A stretch of DNA of 64,000 bases, from assembly GCF_009914755.1 (NCBI RefSeq), contig NC_060937.1, one strand, 5' to 3'. Both the position numbers and the translations under genes were made by a program. Positions 16,860-31,244 of the stretch are shown here, in pieces. The first letter of the stretch is position 1. Every line of letters begins with the position of its first letter. A model generated the notes under the pieces. The model made no database searches and had not been told where the DNA came from. It saw only the letters and a program-made list of their open reading frames with translations. This stretch comes from the human T2T-CHM13v2.0 reference genome, Homo sapiens.

Positions 16860-19800
16860 TTAATGTTGTATAATATATCATGTTTTGGATGTACTACCAG
16901 TTAATTGTTCATGCCTTTAAAAAAACTTGTATGCTTCTAAATGTTAATACCATTATATCTTTCATTGACATTGCCATTCTTGAACTTGGATTCTAGACAA
17001 AATCTGCCATTATTTCCTTGAATTCTGAGACATGAAATTATTGGGCTGAAAACTGAAAACAGTAAAATATTTTAACACACACTGCCAATGTGTTTCCCTA
17101 GAAAGGTTTGATCCAATTATCAATGATTGTAACTGCATACTCCACTGACCATAACTTAGTTATATTTTGTTTCTTATTTCCTAGATTAAAACATTTCATG
17201 CATGTAGTTTGCATTCTGTTTATTACAAATCAGTTGCATATTATTAGATTTTGTGTTGATCTGCCATTTGTAGGGAATTTGTGGATTGGTCTTAGTTCAT
17301 TTTTATTGGTGCTTTTGCTTAGGGACTTTTTGTCATTTATAAAAACCTATCATAATATTACAGTAATTAATACTTTAGCTGGCATTTACATTGTAAATTA
17401 TTTTCTTAGCTCTAACAATTTTGATCTTTTGACTTAAGTGTATTAAATGTAACATTGATAATTTTCTCTGAAATCTCAATTGTTTTCAACACGTTATGAT
17501 TTAGTGTTTTAGTCTGCATGTTTTTGTTTTGGTATATGATATGAGATACGAACAAAAATGGAATATAGAGTTTCTCCAAATACTCTAGATAATGATAAGA
17601 TCTTCCCAATACCACTAATCAAAAAATCCATTACCCCCATTGGTTTGATATGTTATCTTTATCACATACACACACACATATGCATGTATGCACACATAGA
17701 CAAACACACCTAGAAAGATAGGCAGCTGCTGCTTTCTCCAGTTCTTCCATCTGCTGAAGCTAGCAACAGAACCACAATGTTTAGAAGGAAATAGCATTGT
17801 CTATCTGCTATGGCCAAACTACCCACATTCTTATTCTTCTTTATTCTCTGCATTCATTCTAACTTGTTTCTAAAAGATCTTTTATAACTTGTATTAAGCC
17901 CTCACTTGGCACCCTCACCAAACCTTATTTCTTTCATTCCATGGCCTATAATTTTATTAAAACCAAAAATTAATTGGGGAAGAATGTGCACCTGTAACAT
18001 AGTTTATTACTCCCTCAAAAGATCACAGCACATTTCCTTATTTGTTAAAATTCACTTTTAAGTTTCCTAGTATGTTTTCTTCATATATGCCTAATGCAAT
18101 TTTCTCTAGGAAGATTCCTAGCAGCAGCGTTTTGAATTTTATTTATTTTTCTTTTTATTTCTAGTTTTTAGTTGGTATCATAATTCAAATATTTTCTCAT
18201 CCCTATATCATCAAGCATTATGGATAATATATGAGAACATTTTATTTGTATGTTAACATTCATTTACTTTATTGAATACTCATTTATTTCTAATTTCTTT
18301 TCTGATTCTCTTACATTTATTGTTTATGCAAATTTCAGTAATGCAAAGTTGTCCACTGAGCAATAACTTTTGTCTCCTTTTTCTATTTCATGTCTTATTT
18401 ATTGCATTGACCAAAATGTCGACAACAGTGTTGACAGGTCATGTGTTACATTTGTGAATATGTAGATCAATGGAAATTCTGATGATATCTCACTGTTAAG
18501 TGTGCCTATGCTGTTTTTTGAGATAGATTTCATTAAAACAGTTTCCTCTTTGTCCTATTTTCTGGTGCATATTTATTTTGAAATTAACAATGGGTATAGT
18601 ATGCTAACATGCCATTCCTAGTATAACCTCTTTGGTCATAGTGGCTAACTTTTCTAATTTATTATTATATTTAATTTCTGATATCTTAATTAGTTTTTAA
18701 TAAACTATTTTATGGGTAGGCAATAGAGTATGGCTTTGTACTCAAAAGATTTCTATTCCAGTTCTGAAATGTAATAGTGACATGACCGTGATAAATGTTA
18801 TTTAAACCATATGACCCTCAGTCTCTTGATCTGTAAAATGGGACTAATATTATCTAGTTCATTAGATTGCTTAACTCAGTGTCTGACACAAACCACAAAT
18901 AAGTAAAAATAATTACTGTCAGTGGTTGGAATTATAGTTTCTTACATAATACTGATGAATAGAAAAGTTAGATATATCCATACCTTTTTCAGAAAGCGAT
19001 ATATTCATTTGGATTTTAGATTTCTTATGGCACATACTTATAAATGATTTAGAAAATTTTATTTGATTTCTTAAGTTTTTAAAATGAATCATTCTGCACA
19101 CTAAATTATATACATGGGAATGATGTGCTTATTAAATTTGGGGAACTACGTCTCTGGATCCTGACCTTGGAAATTTTAGTAGCGATAAATCTTCAGAAAC
19201 TTTCTTCAGTTTTTTATTGATTTCTTAAAAATGGCCAGTTCAAAAAACAAATCTTCATTGTTTTAGTATAGACTAATAATATGTACATTTATGAAATTAA
19301 TTTGTATCTAGACAATTATATATAGTTGCCATTGAATTTGCATTTGTCTACCTTGAATGTTCCAGCAGCTTGCCTACTTTGTTTTTGAAGTTCTTTCTTT
19401 GTTAAAAGGGAAGCAAAACATTCTTGCATTTCCTCACATATTTTATTAGGGTTTTTTTTCTAAGTTACTTATTTCCCATTGTGGTATTTATTATATTCTT
19501 CCATCTAATATTCTTGGTTTTATTTCAAGTTTTCTTATCTGACTGAATGAATGTTTCAGTCATATTTTTTTCATATATAAAGCAAGACATTTAAAAGTAT
19601 GAATTTTCCTGAGGATGGCTTGTCTAAGTTTCATATCTTGTTGCAAGAAGCCATTTCTCACATCATTTCAAAAGTCTATAATTTTAATTTTATTTTCCTT
19701 TTTTGACCCAACATATACTTGGTTTTGTTTCTTTTGAGTTTTTAAATAGTTTGGTGTAAAATTTCATATTAATTTTTATGAATTTTTATCATTGTGGTCA

Positions 19801-19900
19801 GAAAATAAAACTTTATAATTTTTGAGTCATGGAATTTATTTTCAGCTTCTTAACTCTTTTCTAATGTGAACGGCTGTGTTATTTGTGAAGATTCAAAGTT
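16860..19900 (-). mobile_element. Highly degraded ancient L1 (L1ME/M5-like) fragments
   Basis: T-rich sequence with antisense L1-like phrases (tttattgcattgacc, ttttatcattgtggtcagaaaata). Boundaries uncertain. Confidence 0.5.
18720..18880 (+). mobile_element. MIR fragment
   Basis: 'ccctcagtctcttgatctgtaaaatgggactaata'. Confidence 0.6.
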
Positions 19901-20219
19901 ATGCGTGTTTTAGTCACAATTTCCTGTGCTATAAAGCATCCTCCCCTGCTTGAATTCTGAATTTACCAAAGCAAGAGGCCTGAGTTCTAGTTTTTTTCTT
20001 TTGTACATCCAGCCAGTAAGCCGCTTAACCACTCTGGGTCTGATTCACCTTGACCATACTTAATCGGTCTGGGCCTTAGTCTTAAACCTGAACAAAGAAA
20101 TGATCATTCTAACTCAGAGAGCTTCCTTAAGACATCATCAGTGTAGGAAAAAGTAGAACCAAAACTTAGTTCTCCTTTATGCAACGAGTAAGGTGTTGCT
20201 TTTATCTTTCAAGCAAACT

Positions 20220-20797
<578 letters not shown>

Positions 20798-20966
20798 CTA
20801 ACATCCAACTAACAAGGGACAACAGACAGAGCGGTGGAGGAAGTTTAGACCTAACTTCATCTAGGAGTGAAAAACGAAGCCAGAGTAATGAAGAGGCAAA
20901 GCATGGAAGACTTCGGGGCAGTAAAACTCTTCTACATGATACCATAATGGTGCACATGTCATTAAG

Positions 20967-21800
20967 ACGCAGGATCCCTTCCATGCTGCTTCGCTGGCCA
21001 GAAATCTCCACAGCCAGAGGCGCCTATACCGGGCTTCGCCGGGGCCTCTGGACCACTGGGCTCGCTCTGCCCACGCGGCCAAGCAGGCAACGCTTGGCTG
21101 CTGCTACTGGGCCTGGATCCCACGCCTGCCGCCGCTCTGTGCTCAGCCCGCAGTTGGCCCGGACATGCCGCACCAGCTTCCACCTTGAGTGCCGGGGTCT
21201 GAACAAGGAGGACGCAGCGGCACCTGAAAACGGAGATGCTAGCAACTGGCGAGCCCCAAGGGGTGTTACATCTTTTGCTCAGGGAGTCTCGAGGTCTGAG
21301 CCCGCAGGAAGTGTTACAGCTCTCTCACGTTCTTGCCACCCACAGCTCAGCGAATGGGGTGTGTCACAGCTCCTTTGGTCCCACTGCCCACAGTTCGCTG
21401 AATGGGGGCATGTGGCACCCAGCAGTTTTTTCACTCCCGTAGCTCAGCCAGCAGGAAAATGTTACAACTCTTTTCACACCCACCGTTTGGCAGGTTCCAG
21501 ATTCTTGTCCCATGACCAACAGGAATGAGGTATGGAGACAGCAGAGAGTAAGCAAGACAAAGAAGAATTTTATTGACTGACAGAAGAGCTCTGGACAACA
21601 AGAGGGGACCAAAGTTGTTAGTTCTCCGAGTGAGAGGGGGCCTGAAAGTGGGTAGCCATGTGTGAGGCTCTGTCTAGGGTTTCTCTGGACTCAGAATGGG
21701 GGAGTGTTTGCTGATTTGTCCATGGGCAGGGCGAGTAAAACCACCATTCAATTGGCTAAAAAGCATTGAGGACGTTTTTACTCTGGTCATTGACTCTATG
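20967..21800 (-). mobile_element. ERV1 LTR, MER52-family (partial)
   Basis: 'ggcctggatcccacgcctgcc', 'tgttacaactcttttcacacccaccgtttggcagg...ttcttgtcc...aggaatgagg' and 'tttattga' (antisense AATAAA) match recalled MER52 sequence. GC/CpG-rich. Confidence 0.75.
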
Positions 21801-21920
21801 CGTAGGTATATCATATGTGTCTTTGGGATGGTAGCTAAGAGGATGAAGAAAATAAGGAAACTTACCATCTACAAATAAGTAATTAAAAAATAGTAATTTA
21901 AGTCTACTATTGTTTTTTAA

Positions 21921-22241
<321 letters not shown>

Positions 22242-22459
22242 TAAAAATAAAGTCGCTATAAAGCTGAAAGTGATTGCATGTGAGGAATGGGACATGGGAA
22301 AGGCAGGAGCAGCACTGTTGCTTTAAGTTTAGTTTTTAATATGTACAGATACTATTTTGATAAAAACTTTAAAGGTAATTAAATTACATAGAATAAAAAG
22401 AATTAACAATGCATTATCATGAGCCTTTACCACCTGTGTTTGACTTAACCTACAATCAC

Positions 22460-22570
22460 ATTCTGGTATCTTCCTAAGGACAAGAATAATGCTTCTTTCA
22501 TGTTTATATCTGCCAAGTCTATCATAGTGCCTTCCATCTAGAAGGTGTTCAATAAATACATTGAATTTAA
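22460..22570 (+). mobile_element. L2 3'-end fragment
   Basis: 'catagtgccttccatctagaaggtgttcaataaatacattgaat'. Confidence 0.6.
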
Positions 22571-22669
22571 TATGTCAAACTGGTTAATATGAAATGAGCC
22601 TTCTTTTCACAAAAAGAAAAAGGATTTAAAATGCAGAACATTAAAGCCGTATTAAAAATATCATGAATG

Positions 22670-22900
22670 GGGTATATGGCAAGAGAGTACGTTCTGAAGC
22701 CAGACCTTGTTTAAAGTCCCTCTCTGCTACATATTATTTGTGAGATGTTGTGGAATATTCTTAAACCTCTAACATTACAATGTTCTCATTTTTAAATGGT
22801 GATTATCCCAGTTCACTTGTTGGTTTGTTGTGAAAATTAAAGGAAATTACATGTATCACAGTTTGTGGCTTTTGCATAATGTATATTAAGTAAATGACAA
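22670..22900 (+). mobile_element. MIR fragment
   Basis: 'ctgaagccagacc...ccctctctgctac...ttaaacctct...ttctcatttttaaatgg'. Confidence 0.55.
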
Positions 22901-25229
22901 TTTCCCTTTTCAGAACATTGATAAGTGGCATAAAGGCTTCAATGAAAAAAAAAATCATGAGCTTATATTTCTTGATGGAAAGGAACTAGGGAATAAACTG
23001 TGTGGTGTAACATAAAAAAAAATACACTAGAAAGTCAGGGCTAAGGCTATAAAAGTAATACGTGCCAATCCACAGAAACAGACACATAAATATTTCCACC
23101 AGTTCTGCAAAATCTCCGGTTCTGAAGTTGATAGAATTTTGGACTTTAATTGGAGAGGTTAATACTGGGACAATATCTCTCTCTATGCCTTTACCAAAGC
23201 CAGAACTTCTCTCAGATCCCCTTGCACGGTCAAAATCAGCCCAATCAAAGACAGAAATAAATAAGAAACAAAATAACCAGAATAGGAACTCAGATTTTTT
23301 TTTAAATCAAGATTGGTTCTTACAAAGTTGCGTTTCTCTGCCTCAAACGTTTGTCTGTGTACTTTGTACCTCCACATTGACCTCTCCAGTCTCAGAGCAG
23401 TTGCAAGCTTCAAAGAGAGCCTTATACATGAAGGAAACACATAGTTCTGCTGTCCGAATTAAAAAAACAACATTCCTTAAAGATGTCTCCTATCAATTAC
23501 AACTCAAGTGTTGATTACAAAGAGAAACAATTTCCCATTCAAGACCACTTAAATCCGGTTTAGTGTAATATATTCATTTAATCTAGGTTAACTCTGCAAA
23601 GGTCTTTACCATGGCGTGCTGGCATCCCCTCTGCCAACCCCCGCCCTCAAACTCTGAAAGGAACATATAGGATATTGGACAATACACAATGGAACAAGTG
23701 GAGAGACAGAAACAAATGGCTGTTGTGATGAGAAAGCCAAGAGATTCTTGATGCAGGCTAAGGGTCCAGGAAAAAGGCAGCCAACAGTATATGCCAACAA
23801 GAAAGCCTTGTCTCCTCAGAAAACTGTACTTTATTTATGAGGGGGGAAAATCAAAAGCATTGTAGAAATTGCTCTAATTTCCCATAACACAAATGTTATA
23901 AAACCAAGAATAGCTGAATGAAATGGCAGCTGGTACAGCAGACAAGTCTAGATTGATGAAGTCTAGTCATGGTCAACAGTTAATTAAATTCAACATACAG
24001 TTTTTATCATCCTCACACTTTGACTTTCTGACATTTACATTCCCCATTCTCTTGTTAGGGAGTTTCTTCTTGGCTGAAATTTCTGAATAATAATAATCTC
24101 CCATTTAGCTGAAAGGGGCAATAAATGGGTACTTTGATCATCTTTAGCTAAGACAGGAAAGGAAAGCATCAGGAAGCCCTCTTGTCTTTCCAGTGTGACT
24201 GTATTCACATTCTTCCTAGTCAGTTATGAACAGTTATAATGACCTGTGGCTGATCATTAGAGAAATTGACATTTTCACAGGTGTGTGGGTAAGGAGAGAG
24301 CTGGGGAGGAATGGTGAGGTGAAAAAAGTGAGAAAGTAAGGTGGGAAGTGGCAGCACTTTCCTGTCAAATCCTTGACCTATATACATTTCTTTTTTGGGA
24401 CTGAATGAGTATAGATAACTACCTGTTTTGAAAGTTTCACAAAAGAGTATATGTTCTTTTTTGAAGGTGAGACAATCTTTGTATAGGACTAAATATAGGA
24501 GCACACATGCAATGGCATGATGGCATATATTTTATTCATGTGCAAGTTAAAAAAAAGAATGCTTCATAGGTCAAAAAATATTTTCCATATATGACCTTCA
24601 TACCCCTAAAATAATTTTATGATTATATACACAGGTTATTTCTTCTTTGAGGTAATTGTGAGGATAATTCATCTTATCAAATTAATATAAATTATTATGA
24701 CTAATTTGGATATAACATGAGCCCAGAGAATCTCCAAAATAAAAGTAAATTTCTGGGAAAATGCAAAGGAAATACTTTTCATCAATTCTATGTTTTTAAT
24801 GCTGGACCCAATACAAGTTATGACTTGACTTGAGAATTTAATGACATGGTCATAGCTACCTCTACATTTAGCCAAAAATAAATGTTTCAAACTAGTTCAG
24901 GTTGATCTCCTGGACAGGAAAATTGCAATTCCCACCCTAGTTGGTTGTAGAAGGAGAACGTGCCAGAACCTCCACCAGGAAGGGTAGGGACGGGCCAGTA
25001 GCCCCCACACACTCTTGAACATAGACTTCACATGAGTGGGACTGCATGGGAGGTCCCTCAGCAATGTCGAAACTGTACTGACTTAAAATATCTCTCCTCT
25101 CCACAAACAGAAACAGAGGAAACAAACAACCCTGGCCACCTGGATGCTTTGCACATCATTTCATGTGTGAGCATGCATGTTTTTAAGCTTCTATTATTTT
25201 ATATGTTTTCCCCATTGTTCATGCTTCTA

Positions 25230-26310
25230 ACGCATTCAACAATTATTGAGTAATTCTAGGCTCCCAGGAGGCTACAGTGAGCAAAAAGTAGCAATTCCCT
25301 GCCCGATGAAGCTTCTAGTGATGGGAAGGCAGACAATATCAAATAAATAAATATGTAAAAATGTAAGTAGATACAAGTGATAAAAATTAAGTTAGAGTGA
25401 GGAGGAAGACAGTGTGTGGTGCGGTAGTGGATGTTTTATTTAGAATGACTGAAGAGGTCTCTCTGAAAAGGGGATGAGCTATGTGATGCTGGAAGAGGCA
25501 GCCCTGAGGTGAGGCCAGCGAATAGGAGCCCTGGCAGGATGTGAGAGGGAGCGTGGACAGTCCGTGCGGTGAGGACAGAGGAGTAACTGCCGCCACACAG
25601 AGAGCCTCGCCTCTTGTCCTGAGCCAGATGACTGCGGGCGATTGAGCAGAGATGTGGCATAATTTACTCCATCTTAGTAGGATCACTCTGACAATTAGAA
25701 GGTCACTGCATACATCCAGATGAAAGTGGGGGACCATGTGGAAGTCACAGGTGATGAGAAATATGCAGATTTTTAAATATATATTTTGAAGGAAGAATTC
25801 ATGAGATTTGCTAATGGACTCAAGTTGAAGGGTGAGAGGAAAAGGTATCCAGGGAAGTTGTAGCTTGAGAAACTACAGGTCTCAGTGGCCACTTATAAAA
25901 ACAGAAGAGATTGTGGAAGACACAAGTGGCTGCCCCTTGGATATACAAATAGAGATGTTAAGAAGGCAGTTAGATACACAGGCTGGAGTCCAGGGAGAAG
26001 CCTGGGCTAACAAGGCACATTTAGGAATCAGCAGCTTCTAGAGAGTAGATTAAATGCCATAAGATAAAAGGAAATCACGGGACAGTAGGTGCAGGCCAAG
26101 AAGAGAAGGAGTTCGAGGCTGGAGCCCCAAGGTATGCCTGATTCTGCAATGGGAGACACAGAGGAACCAGAAAGGAGTCTACAAGGGGCTGCCAGTCAGG
26201 AGGAAGAACCGAGAGTCAGTGATATCCCAGAAGGTGACTGAACAAGGCGCTGAAGGAAGAGTGAGGAACAGAGTGAAACAAAGGCTCGGAATGGACCGTG
26301 GGACTGATTG
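25230..26310 (-). mobile_element. L2 (L2a-like) fragment
   Basis: Begins cattcaacaattattgag. Purine-rich antisense L2 phrases (aggatcactctg, gatttgctaatggact, aggcagttagatac). Confidence 0.75.
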
Positions 26311-26907
26311 ACCCTGTCGTTCAATTATACAAAACATCTAAGAGTATTTCTATTTCCTGTGTACGTGAAAAAGGAAAAAAAAATGTATCATGAGGAAAAA
26401 CAAAGAAAAAGAACTTCTTAGTGTAGTTAAGCCAGTATTCCAATCCAGCTGCCTGCTGGACTCCAGGTAGACATGGCAAAGAAATGTCACTTCCTTAGGC
26501 CATTCTCCCACATCCCAAGTGACATCAGCCACTGGAAATGATAATTTTCTTTGCTGTGAAGAGACACATGGCGTCTCCCCAAGGCCTCTGGCTTATTTCC
26601 CATGAGCCTCTCAGCAGCCTCCACACAGGAAAGGCTCCCATTAGGCAAGGTCGCTTGGTGAGGCCACACATGACTGCCTCCATTGTCTGTCACAACGCTG
26701 AGACATCGCGCTTCGGAAAAACAACTTAGTGTTCTGTCACCCCAAAGAACGGAAATAATAGAGAGCGTCAGTTTGTATGAAGCACACCAAACCAACCAAA
26801 TAAACAAAACAAACACACACATCACTTGGTCTGCACACGCTTAAATTACTGAGAACTCTGTAATTAATTTTCCTCATTGTGAATGCATTAATGGCGTGCT
26901 TTCAAAT

Positions 26908-27007
26908 CTGTGACATAAAACTTAGAAACAGAAAAGGCAAAAGAAACGAACCTGTGACATAAAACGTAGAAAAACAAAAGGCAAAAGAAAGCAAGATGTG
27001 ACAAAAC
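26908..27007. repeat. 44-bp tandem repeat, about 2.2 copies
   Basis: tgtgaca starts at 26909, 26953 and 26997. Unit ctgtgacataaaac(t/g)tagaaa...aaaaggcaaaagaaa. Confidence 0.85.
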
Positions 27008-27627
27008 CACTGCATGAGTTCTGCTTTTGTGAAGTGGCTTTCTAATTCGATGGCCTCGGCTCATGAGCTAGAATATACCAGAATCACCAGCAGAGCTTCT
27101 GCTTCACCACTTCGGGGAAGCCTGTAAAGAATGAGACTTAAAATACATGCAAGTTCACAGATGCTCATTTAAATCCATAGACACTACCATTTTGTAGTTG
27201 TTTTTTAAGCCTAAAGAAATTCTGGCAAAGGTCTTCTGGTATCTGTTAAATAGAAAAGCAGTTCTAAGTCCATGTGACTTTTGTACTATCTTCTACACAA
27301 TCTCACTTTCTATTCCACCCAGGAGCATAACCCATAAAGCAAGCACAATGCTGCATGTAGAAACCCACATTTCCCTAATGCATTGAATCAAGATCAACAG
27401 CTGGGTGAGCCCACGTTTGGAAGAAGTTGATGAGGGTGCAGATTGCTACCGTGCCCCCTTAATTGAGCAATGAGGCTCCCTTTTGGCCCCAACCTGAATA
27501 ATCTGGTTCCTCCAAAATTTTAATAAGGGAAGCCCATGCTGAATATCTCACAGCAGGTTTTCCTGTTTCCTTCCATTTTAAATAAACAATAGACTACTGG
27601 AAACAGAATGACTACAGTGCTTTTTAA

Positions 27628-28023
<396 letters not shown>

Positions 28024-28649
28024 TAGATGTGCTCGTGTGGCTTTCTGCTCATCTTAACATTGATGTGCATGTCTGCCTCACCGCTGATTTTTTCCTTGAG
28101 CCCGACCATGAATGCAGAGAAGGTAAATTTAAGGGACTCAAACCCCGCCTTTGGTTGCCAGATCAAAGATATGAGCAGTTCCTCTGGGACCATGATGTGG
28201 GAAGGTCCAGAGAGCTTATGCGCATTCCTATAGAAATCAATGATTCTGAGTCTGGATGCAGAGCTCTCTATTCAGAGTTAACTGAATTAAACCCTAAGAT
28301 GACTGAAAGCCATCTAAACTGTTAATGCCTATTGCTACTTTAAGGAATACTGCTTTAAGTGAAGAAATAAGAGCTTACATTTGGCTAAATACCTCAAGAT
28401 CTCCAGCCTGGTGTGTGTGTGTGTGTGCGTGCAAGTGTGTATGTGTCTAAAAGGGGACATGTTCACAACTAGATTGGAAAGAGGAGAGTTCACTTTAAAC
28501 CAACAAAGGGCCTCTAGTAGTTTCATATTGAGAAAATGTTTTTATAAATGTGCTTTTGCCTTGAGCAAACCCTTGCATGTAAGCCACATATACACATTAG
28601 AATATTTGCTGTAGAATGAAAGGGCACAATTATTTTCCAGAAATTGTAT

Positions 28650-28840
28650 CATGGCCATACTGTCTGCAGACTCTGGTATAATTTCAATCTCTGCCTCCAC
28701 TTTCACTTGGCCTTCTCCTTGGGAAGCTTCATGTCTTCTTATAATGACACTTACCATAGGATGTAAAACCCATCAGGATAATCCAGAATAAGCTCATCTC
28801 AAGATCTGTAATTCCATCTGCAAAGACCCTTTTCCCAGAT
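28650..28840 (-). mobile_element. MLT1 MaLR LTR fragment
   Basis: 'caatctctgcctcc...cttcttataatgacac...ataatccag...catctgcaaagacccttttccc'. Confidence 0.7.
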
Positions 28841-29858
28841 TATACCCCCAAAAAACCATTTTCCTGCCACGTATGCCATTTACATTAGCACCAAAAAAAA
28901 AAAAAAACGCTTAGGTATAATCTTAAAAAACACACATAAAAGCTATATAAGGAAAACTGCAAAACTGTGGTAATAAAAATCAAAGATCCAAATAAATCAA
29001 GAGATTCCATGTTCATGGATAGGAAGACAATATTGTTAAGATGTCCATTCTTTCCACATTTATAAACTGAGCACAATCACAATCAAAATCTCAGCCAGTT
29101 ATTTTGTAAATACTGACAAAGTGATTTTAAAGTTTATGTGGAAAGACAAAAGACCCAGCATATTCAAAACAACACTGAAGGAGAAGAGCAAAGCATAAGG
29201 ACTGACCTACTGAAAACTTACCATAAAGCTACAGCAACCGGGACAATGTGATATTAGAAAAGAATAAACAAATAAGATAATGGAACAAGAGAAAGAGCAC
29301 AGAAAGAGATCCACACAGATGTAGTCAGCTTACCTTTGACAAAAACCAAAGACAATGCAATGGAGAAAGGACAGACTTTATAACAGATGGTGCTGGAACA
29401 ACTACACATCCACATGCAAAAAAGAAAAACAGAATCTAGGCATAAACATTACGCTTTTCACAAAATTTAATTCAAAATGAGTCATAGACCTAGATGTAAA
29501 ATGCAATAATTGTGAAACTTGTGGAAAATAACATAGGAGAGAATCTAGTTGACCTTGGTTTTGGCAGTGTTTTTAGATACCACACCAAAAGCACAATCCA
29601 TGAAAGAAGAAGTTATTAAATCAGGTTTCAATCAACTTAAAGACTCCTGCTGTGCCAAAGACACTTAGTAGAACAAAATGACAAGTCACAGATTTGTAGA
29701 ACATTTTTGCAAAACACATCTTTAATAAAAGACAGGTATCTGAAACTTACAGCCTGAACAATGAGAGAACAGATAACCCAATTTTTAAATTGGGCAAAAG
29801 ATCTGGACAGATAGTTTGACAAAGAAGATATACAGATGACAAACAAGCATATGATAAG

Positions 29859-30227
29859 TGACATGGTTTGGCTGTGTCCCCACCCAAACCTCATCTTGAA
29901 TTGTAGTTCCCATAATCTCCACGTGTTGTGGGAGGGACCTGGTGGGAGGTAATTGAAGCATTGGGGCAGTTACCCTCATGCTGTTTTCATGCTAGTGAGT
30001 TCTCATGAGATCTGATGGTTTTATATGGAGCTTCTCCCCTCTTCGCACTGCACTTCTCCTTGCTGCCACCATGTGAAGGACGTGTTTGCTTCCTCTTCCA
30101 CCATGATTGTAAGTTTCCTGAGGCCTCCCCAGCCATGGTGAACTGTGAGTGAATTAAACCTCTTTGCTTTGTAAATTACCTAGTCTCGGGTATGTCTTTA
30201 TTAGCAGTGTGAGAATGGACTAATAGA
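29859..30227 (+). mobile_element. THE1C-like MaLR solo LTR
   Basis: Runs from tgacatggtttggctgtgtccccaccc to tctttattagcagtgtgagaatggactaataga (369 bp). 5-bp TSD ataag at 29854-29858 and 30228-30232. Confidence 0.93.
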
Positions 30228-31081
30228 ATAAGATATGAATCATATACCCTTAGGGCAGAGTAAATTAAAATAACTTTGATGTACTACTACTTACCTATTA
30301 GAATGACTAAAATTCCAAGCATTGACAACACCAAATCCTAGTGAGGTTGTGGAGCAACAGGAACTCTCAGTCATTGCTGGTGGAAATGCAAACTAATACT
30401 GCCACCTTAGAAGACAGCTTAGCAGTTGTATGATTTTTTTCCAAAACTAAACATACTCTTACCATTCAGTCCAGAAATTATGCCCCCTTGGTATTGACCT
30501 GAATGAGTAGAAAATTTATGCCCACATAAAAACTTGCATACACATGTTTACAGCAGCTTTATTCATAATTCCCAAGCTTACAAGGAACCAAGGTGTCCTT
30601 CTGTAGGTGAATAGATAAACAAATGGTAGTACATTCAGACAATGCAGTACTATTCAGTCCTTAAAAGAAATTGGCTATTAAGCCATGAGAAGACATAGAG
30701 GAATAGTAAATTCATAGGCTTAAGTTTAAAAAAAAAAAAGGGCTCTGTAAAGGCTACATACCGTATGTCATACCTACATCCAATTATCTGTCATTCTGGA
30801 AGAGGCAAGACTATGGAGATATTAAGAAGATTAGTAGTACCAAAGGATTTCAAATAGAAAGGGGACAGGGAATAGGTAGGGCATACAGGATTTCGAGCAG
30901 TGAAACTATCCTGTATGTTACTTATAGGGTGGGTTCATGTCCTATACACTTGTAAAAACTCATAGAATGTACAACACAAAGTATGAACCCTGATGTAAAC
31001 TTCGGACTATAAAATAATGTATCAACATTATCTTATCAATTGTATCAAAAGGACCACACTAATTAAAATAATAATGAGGAA

Positions 31082-31084
<3 letters not shown>

Positions 31085-31121
<37 letters not shown>

Positions 31122-31140
31122 AGAGAGAGAGAGAAAGAGA
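31085..31140. repeat. Compound (TG)n(GA)n microsatellite
   Basis: Directly visible. Confidence 0.95.
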
Positions 31141-31244
31141 AAGAGGTGGGGAAAGGGGGGTGTATAATAACTCTCTATACTTTCTACTTAATTTTCTGTA
31201 AACCTAAAACTGATTTTAAAAAATAAACTCTATTTTAAAAAAAT

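Larger units (their letters stand above)
28880..31230 (+). mobile_element. Old L1 (L1MC-like) ORF2 3' part and 3' UTR, interrupted by THE1
   Basis: 'ccatgttcatggataggaagac aatattgttaagatgtc'. 3' UTR 'gcagtgaaactatcctgtatg...catagaatgtacaacacaaagtatgaaccc'. Confidence 0.88.
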
